From Candidatus Saccharimonadota bacterium (GTDB taxonomy: Bacteria; Patescibacteriota; Gracilibacteria; UBA1369; 2-02-FULL-48-14), in the NCBI GenBank assembly GCA_041661045.1, contig JBAZVE010000001.1, positions 630,001 through 662,000 on the forward strand: 32,000 bases of DNA, given 5' to 3'. The translations under genes and the position numbers were made by a program. Shown here one piece after another: positions 28,201 through 32,000 of the stretch (within the stretch, counting starts at the first letter, position 1; each line of letters begins with the position of its first letter). The notes beneath the pieces were generated by a model, which was not told the DNA's origin, ran no database searches, and saw nothing but the letters and a program-made list of their open reading frames with translations.

Positions 28201-28858
28201 CACGGAGCATGGAAGTGATGAAGATTTTTCGCTTTCGATCGATTTTTACAGTGATCACTCCTTTCTTGTCGGTTTCAATTTCGAGCCAAGCTCCTCGTTT
28301 TGGAATGATCTTGGCATTGTGCATACCTGAAGCAGCAGGGTTTTTGGAAAAGAACACCCCGGGGGAACGAACAATCTGAGAAACCACCACGCGTTCGATT
28401 CCATTCACCAAAAAACTTCCATCGCGCGTCATAAGAGGAATAGGCCCAAGGAAAACATCCTGCTCCTTGATTTCCCCGCTTTCCTTATTAATGAGCTGCA
28501 CATGCACTTTGAGCGGAGCTTCGTAAGACAGATTCTTAAGACGGCATTGTTCGGGACTGTACTTACATTCCCCCAAAGAGTGGTCAAGAAAGTGCAGTTC
28601 GAGTTTCTTCCCCGAGAAATCGGTGATGGGGGAGATTTCCTCGAGAAGCTCACGGATTCCTTCGTTAAGGAACCACTCATAAGATTCCGTTTGAATCTCA
28701 ATAAGGTTTGGCATTTCTGCCTTTCCGTGAAGGTCGACAAAATATTTCCGATCCAAAGGTTTGGTGGAAAGTGTTTTGTTGGACGCTTCTTTTACCGCAG
28801 GGACAGGGAGCTTTTTTTTACCGGCGCTTGACGCGCTTTTCGATGCGGCTTTAGGCAT
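25280..28858 (-). CDS. rpoB: DNA-directed RNA polymerase subunit beta
   Basis: 1192 aa with conserved blocks RLSAMGPGGLSRERA, NMQRQAVPL and GDKMAGRHGNKGVVS. It has a Lys-rich N-terminal extension and an acidic C-terminal tail. Confidence 0.98.
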   Translation of the reverse strand: MPKAASKSASSAGKKKLPVPAVKEASNKTLSTKPLDRKYFVDLHGKAEMPNLIEIQTESYEWFLNEGIRELLEEISPITDFSGKKLELHFLDHSLGECKYSPEQCRLKNLSYEAPLKVHVQLINKESGEIKEQDVFLGPIPLMTRDGSFLVNGIERVVVSQIVRSPGVFFSKNPAASGMHNAKIIPKRGAWLEIETDKKGVITVKIDRKRKIFITSMLRVFGFDTDKKIMDLFKDDIRDPIHDYILHTLEKDPAKTMDEAYKAIYKKIRPGDLATPENAKALIESLFFDYKKYDMGSVARYKINRRFDLKTPNERKFHTFQIDDFTLILKHLIKLNNKEAAPDDIDHLSNRRIRPVGELVQNKFRVGLLRTERIAKDRMTVMDLDTVTPTQLVNSRPITAALREFYASSQLSQFMDQTNPLSELEHKRRLSAMGPGGLSRERASFDVRDVHPSHYGRICPIATPEGPNIGLVVHLASYAKINKYGFIETPLREVMHEVKNDGKAAIGHTLAEGVAGIKKGTVIDEKAAKALTKEKDMKEVSVQAFLGSKVSYFDAEDENEIVYAQANTPLTHEGEFIEDTANARKMGEPITVTEKEVSHMDISPQQIISVSTSLIPFLEHDDNTRASMGSNMQRQAVPLLRPTTPVVGTGMEGLAARNTNQVEIAEEDGTVAFVDGNRIDVIYDSGKKVSYHLDVYRRTNQGSSFHQRPICSTGQKVKAGDILADGASTEKGDLALGQNILVAYMPWEGYNFEDAVILSSRMLKEDKFSSVHLEDFTVDVRDTKLGPEIVTRDIPNVGEARLKDLDDDGIVRVGASVREGDILVGKITPKGETELTPEERLLRAIFGDKARDVKDTSLRLPGGEGGKVVSVQIFSRENGDELENGVIQQIRVSVAQTRRIQVGDKMAGRHGNKGVVSIIVPQEDMPYMPDGTPVDIVLNPLGVSSRMNIGQILETHLGWAAEKLGVYVATPTLNGVTNEQIKEMLKKADLPEDGKIQLFDGKTGEAFDHKSTVGIAYMLKLAHLVEDKIHARSVGPYSLVTQQPLGGKAQHGGQRFGEMEVWALEAYGAAHVLQEMLTIKSDDTYGRAKAYESIIKAEPIRKPRTPESFNVLVKELQSLGLNVDLLQLEEDGTVDPENEYVEPEPEDEPILESPGALVAEAGEAGFSEEGDSFDEEDDEVDAPKEPDLEEEI

Positions 28859-28981
28859 AGTCCTGGATCGGTTTAAGATGTAAAAAATGAAACAGGGCGG
28901 TTTCCGCTAGTGGAAGCCGACCTCCTTATCTTTGCTCTCTTGCGCAACACAATCTGTAATTCGAGAGCTATGTCGACAGCC

Positions 28982-29009
28982 ATTCTATAATAAGATATGA
29001 ATCTGTCGA
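28982..29009 (-). promoter_or_regulatory. Candidate rpoB promoter
   Basis: The minus strand reads TCGACA-16 nt-TAGAAT. It would give a leader of roughly 115 nt. Confidence 0.3.
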
Positions 29010-29019
29010 ACAAGTGGAC

Positions 29020-29047
29020 TTGTTTTTTTTGCTAAACATGTTATAAT
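29020..29047 (+). promoter_or_regulatory. Extended -10 promoter for the secreted-protein gene
   Basis: TG-T-TATAAT lies at 29039-29047 and TTGTTT 16 nt upstream. The ATG is 37 nt downstream. Confidence 0.5.
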
Positions 29048-29053
29048 AACATG
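29037..29053. promoter_or_regulatory. 17-bp perfect palindrome over the -10 element, a candidate operator
   Basis: CATGTTAT-A-ATAACATG has arms that are exact reverse complements, centred on the TATAAT. Confidence 0.35.
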
Positions 29054-29084
29054 ATTTCTTTTCTATTTTTTAACCAAAACAAAT

Positions 29085-29600
29085 ATGAAGAAGAAAATCG
29101 TTTACCTCACAGGAGCCCTTGGCGTTCTGCTTGTTTCCGCCGTTGCCGTGGCTTCAAATCCCGGTATGCTCCAGGGTAAATTAAGCCCAATTACATCTTG
29201 CGTTCAGGAAAATCTTTTCGATGGAGTACCTGATGATTCAGCTGATTTTATTGCTATGTTGGATGGTTTAAGCTCAGCTACTGCTCCTTCAATTTGTCCT
29301 ATCCAGATTCAGGCCAATGCCTATCCTGTTGATTCGGGCTATCCCATGAATGTTTCACTTATGTGTAGCTCATCAGAATTGGGAGTTACCCATGAACCTA
29401 CTGTAGATACTTATGAGATTGAGTGTGCGCAGGAGTTTGGAAGTGTCGAGTATGCTATCCGTGCCAATTTGACTCTTATGGAAGATGGGAGCTATCAGCT
29501 CGGGGCTAATGCCGATACAACTGGAGAGCACGCACACTTCGTTTATACTTTAGATCCTGAAACTTTGCTTATCACGCGATTGCCTTTAGATAGATATTAG
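29085..29600 (+). CDS. Hypothetical secreted protein, 171 aa, with a signal peptide and 4 Cys
   Basis: MKKKIVYLTGALGVLLVSAVAVAS has the positive, hydrophobic and AxA layout of a signal peptide. An extended -10 promoter lies upstream and a strong terminator downstream. No family recognised. Confidence 0.6.
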   Translation: MKKKIVYLTGALGVLLVSAVAVASNPGMLQGKLSPITSCVQENLFDGVPDDSADFIAMLDGLSSATAPSICPIQIQANAYPVDSGYPMNVSLMCSSSELGVTHEPTVDTYEIECAQEFGSVEYAIRANLTLMEDGSYQLGANADTTGEHAHFVYTLDPETLLITRLPLDRY

Positions 29601-29636
29601 TTTTTCTAAAAGAAGCCGGGGAAACCTAGCCTTTTC

Positions 29637-29666
29637 AAAAAAGCCCCCATTCATGGGGGCTTTTTT
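29637..29666. terminator. Bidirectional intrinsic terminator after the secreted-protein gene
   Basis: AAAAAA-GCCCCCA-TTCA-TGGGGGC-TTTTTT, a perfect GC-rich 7-bp stem. Confidence 0.75.
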
Positions 29667-29684
29667 ATTTGTTATACTGTATGC

Positions 29685-30032
29685 ATGCGGAAAAACACCA
29701 AACTCACTCTTCTGGTGAGCAAGTGGACCTGCGCTGTCTTTAAAAATATTGTGAACTATTTAGTTTCGATTGGGCTGAGGTGGCGGCAGGGCTGGTGGCT
29801 CAGTAGAGTCCCATCGTCTAGTCGAGTTTCTCCGTTTGAGCACATGCCAGAGACAAGCATCCTACAGTTATTTCCAACTGCTTCTCCAACTCTTATCACT
29901 TCTACCATTTCAGGCCCATCTGTCGTTTCATGAGCGCCTTCGCAAAGTATTTTCTCTCGGGTTAACCCAACTTTAGGACATCCCGTGAGATCTGCGTATT
30001 GGTCTATCATTTGCTCTCTGGTTAAGTGCTAA
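29685..30032 (+). pseudogene. Possible heavily eroded paralogue of the downstream ABC exporter gene
   Basis: The first 9 codons (MRKNTKLTL) match the ABC gene start (MRKNTRLTL), and the 14 nt upstream are also similar. The ORF is only 82 aa and has no TM character. Beyond codon 9 there are only faint collinear matches. Confidence 0.3.
29756..30010 (-). CDS. Hypothetical 84-aa ORF antisense to the ABC-start duplicate; coding status uncertain
   Basis: ATG start with TTGACA-16 nt-TAGAGT about 25 nt upstream, and the A-run side of the 29637-29666 bidirectional terminator downstream. It uses codons that are rare elsewhere in the window (ATA, AGA, AGG, CTA). No family recognised. Confidence 0.3.
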   Translation of the reverse strand: MIDQYADLTGCPKVGLTREKILCEGAHETTDGPEMVEVIRVGEAVGNNCRMLVSGMCSNGETRLDDGTLLSHQPCRHLSPIETK

Positions 30033-30067
30033 AACTCTACGCTATTCCTACCTTTTGTCAAATCGCG

Positions 30068-30097
30068 TTGTTGAACTTGTACTTTAGGTGTTAAACT
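30068..30097 (+). promoter_or_regulatory. Candidate promoter for the ABC exporter, possibly producing a leaderless mRNA
   Basis: The -10 is TAAACT at 30092-30097, only 6 nt before the ATG. The -35 is TTGTTG or TTGAAC. The same -10 to ATG geometry appears at the upstream duplicate (TATACT 29673-29678, ATG 29685). Confidence 0.35.
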
Positions 30098-30103
30098 TGC
30101 GGC

Positions 30104-31858
30104 ATGCGAAAAAACACTCGGCTCACCCTGCAGTTTTATGGAAAATATTTGCGGAAGCAATGGTTTTTGGTTTTGCTTGTGTTTATTGGGGCGACGGGGG
30201 GTGCATCGGGCGCGATGGTGAATGCGTTTTTCCTTAAGAATTTGATCAATGCATTGAATCAGGGGCAGGCGGAACGGCTCATGCCTATTTTGTTCAGTAT
30301 TGTGGGCATTGGTCTTGCGGAGTGGTTTTTTTGGCGGCTTTCTTTTTATTCCATGTGCATTGTGGAAAGTCGTGGGATGAAGGAAGTTGCAGACGCTTGT
30401 TTTGAGCACCTGCATAAGCACTCCACTAACTTTTTCAACAATCAGTTTGTGGGTTCTTTGGTCAAACGAGTGGGACGGATGGCGCGGAGTTTTGAAGACA
30501 TTTTAGATCAAATTTTTTATGATTTTTATACTTTGAGTTTGCGCATTGTGATTGCGGTGGTGGTTTTGTTCACGCTTAATTTTTGGCTGGGATTTTCTAT
30601 TTTGGTTTGGGTCTCTATTTTTGTGGGACTGCATTTGTGGATTTCTTCGTACAAACTCAAACGCTATAACCTTCCTAAAGCGGAGGCAGATACGCGGCTT
30701 ACCGCTCAGCTTGCCGATAGCATCACCAATAACAGTACGATCAAACTTTTTGCTAACTTTAAATATGAGCGGAGCCGATTTGCGGAGGTGACGCAGGACT
30801 GGTCCTCTAAAATTCGGGCGGCATGGTTTTTTAATAATCATGTGGAGGCGGTGCAATTTCTTTTTATGTTGAGCTTGGAATTTTTAGTTTTTTACCTCGC
30901 CATTTTGGAGTGGAAAACCGGGTCTTTGACCGTGGGGCATTTCATACTTTTGCAAAGTTATCTTTTAGAATTGTTCTCACAACTCTGGGGCTTTGATCGA
31001 TCGCTCCGTCGGTTTTATGAAAGCTTGGCGGATGCCGAAGAAATGACGGAGATTTTGCAAACTCCAATTGAAGTGGTGGACAAGCCACGGGCTAAAAATT
31101 TGGTGATGAAAAAAGGAGCGGTGGATTTTGATCGCGTGTCGTTTTCCTATACGGATGATATTGATCAAAGTGTGATCAAACAGCTTTCTTTTTCGGTGAA
31201 ACCGGGCGAGCGGGTTGCACTTATTGGACTTTCGGGTGGAGGGAAAACCACGCTCATTAAACTCCTTTTGCGTCTTTTTGATTTGGATGGAGGGCGCATT
31301 CTTTTGGATGGGCAGGACATTGCTCAAGTGACTCAAGACAGCTTGCGAAAACAAATTGCTTTGGTGCCACAAGATCCGGTTTTGTTCCACCGATCACTCA
31401 TGGAAAATATTCGTTACGGGCGGCTTGAGGCGACCGATAAAGAGGTCATTACGGCGGCGAAACTGGCGCATTGCCATGAGTTTATTTCCAAGTTGCCCAA
31501 GGGCTACCAAACTTTTGTTGGGGAGAGAGGCGTTAAACTTTCGGGTGGGGAGCGGCAACGCGTGGCCATTGCCAGAGCTATTTTATCTCAGACCAAGATT
31601 TTGGTTTTGGATGAAGCCACTTCGAGCTTGGATTCGGAATCCGAAAAAATGATTAAGGACGCGCTCAAAGTTTTGATGAAGGGAAAAACGGTTTTTGTGA
31701 TTGCCCATCGTTTGTCCACTGTGGTGGACATGGACCGCATTTTGGTTTTGGAAAAAGGGCAGATCGCGGAGGAAGGCACTCACAAAGATTTGATCAAAAA
31801 GAAATCCGGTATTTACAAAAAACTCTGGGATTTGCAGGTGGGTGGGTATTTGGAGTAG
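30104..31858 (+). CDS. ABC transporter, fused permease/ATPase half-transporter (type I exporter, MsbA/MdlB-like)
   Basis: 584 aa with an N-terminal 6-TM domain. It has Walker A GLSGGGKTT, signature LSGGERQR, Walker B ILVLDEATS and H-loop IAHRLST. Confidence 0.93.
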   Translation: MRKNTRLTLQFYGKYLRKQWFLVLLVFIGATGGASGAMVNAFFLKNLINALNQGQAERLMPILFSIVGIGLAEWFFWRLSFYSMCIVESRGMKEVADACFEHLHKHSTNFFNNQFVGSLVKRVGRMARSFEDILDQIFYDFYTLSLRIVIAVVVLFTLNFWLGFSILVWVSIFVGLHLWISSYKLKRYNLPKAEADTRLTAQLADSITNNSTIKLFANFKYERSRFAEVTQDWSSKIRAAWFFNNHVEAVQFLFMLSLEFLVFYLAILEWKTGSLTVGHFILLQSYLLELFSQLWGFDRSLRRFYESLADAEEMTEILQTPIEVVDKPRAKNLVMKKGAVDFDRVSFSYTDDIDQSVIKQLSFSVKPGERVALIGLSGGGKTTLIKLLLRLFDLDGGRILLDGQDIAQVTQDSLRKQIALVPQDPVLFHRSLMENIRYGRLEATDKEVITAAKLAHCHEFISKLPKGYQTFVGERGVKLSGGERQRVAIARAILSQTKILVLDEATSSLDSESEKMIKDALKVLMKGKTVFVIAHRLSTVVDMDRILVLEKGQIAEEGTHKDLIKKKSGIYKKLWDLQVGGYLE

Positions 31859-32000
31859 TGGGGATTGCCAAATCCGTAGGCGGCATGGTAATCTCACCCT
31901 CTATTTTTGTAAGCTCGTTTTTATGTCAGCAGAAAAGGAAGGAAGTACGGACGGTTATGAAGTTGACTCCCGTTTGGTGGATTACAAAGAAATGTACGAT

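Noticed and set aside
28921-28928. A perfect AAGGAGGT on the minus strand in the rpoB leader
   Set aside because: No ATG, GTG or TTG lies at SD spacing downstream, and no other gene in the window uses an SD, so it is likely coincidental.
29009-29030. The plus-strand hairpin ACAAGT-GG-ACTTGT followed by T8, which resembles a terminator
   Set aside because: The stem is AT-rich with a 2-nt loop. There is no upstream plus-strand gene to terminate, and it overlaps the -35 region of the secreted-protein promoter.
29790-29830. A tRNA-like D-arm string, GGCTCAGTAGAGTCC
   Set aside because: The D-loop would be only 4 nt. No anticodon stem, T-arm (GTTCGAATC-like) or acceptor pairing can be built on either strand.
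31923-32000. An ORF start (MSAEKEGSTDGYEVDSRLVDYKEMYD...) running off the right edge
   Set aside because: Only 26 codons are visible, which is too short to support a call.

Overview
The window is mostly one minus-strand super-cluster of core transcription and translation genes from a bacterium using the standard genetic code. Read in transcription order (high to low coordinates) it runs: rpoB, a CaCA-like membrane gene, rpoC, then two plus-strand orphan genes. It continues with rpsL, rpsG, a lipoprotein gene, fusA, tuf, then a signal-peptide mini-protein and a 259-aa helical protein. The ribosomal block follows: rpsJ, rplC, rplD, rplW, rplB, rpsS, rplV, rpsC, rplP, rpmC, rpsQ, rplN, rplX, rplE, rpsN, rpsH, rplF, rplR, rpsE, rplO, secY, adk, map and a final membrane protein. 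The right end holds a divergent secreted-protein gene, an odd roughly 420-bp locus repeating the start of the next gene, and a fused TMD-NBD ABC exporter on the plus strand. There is no rpmD (L30) between rpsE and rplO, no gene has a Shine-Dalgarno motif, and several ribosomal proteins carry Lys-rich tails. These traits fit a reduced, uncultivated lineage such as CPR/Patescibacteria, but that placement is an inference I cannot confirm here. I found no tRNA or rRNA genes, CRISPR arrays, transposases or recognisable defence genes. The unusual content is architectural: envelope or hypothetical genes interrupt operon junctions that are normally invariant (rpoB/rpoC, rpsG/fusA, tuf/rpsJ). There is also a structured rpsJ leader with a terminator and a small upstream ORF (uORF), and a duplicated promoter-plus-start module upstream of the ABC gene. 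All promoter, terminator and hairpin calls were made by eye and need computational or experimental confirmation.
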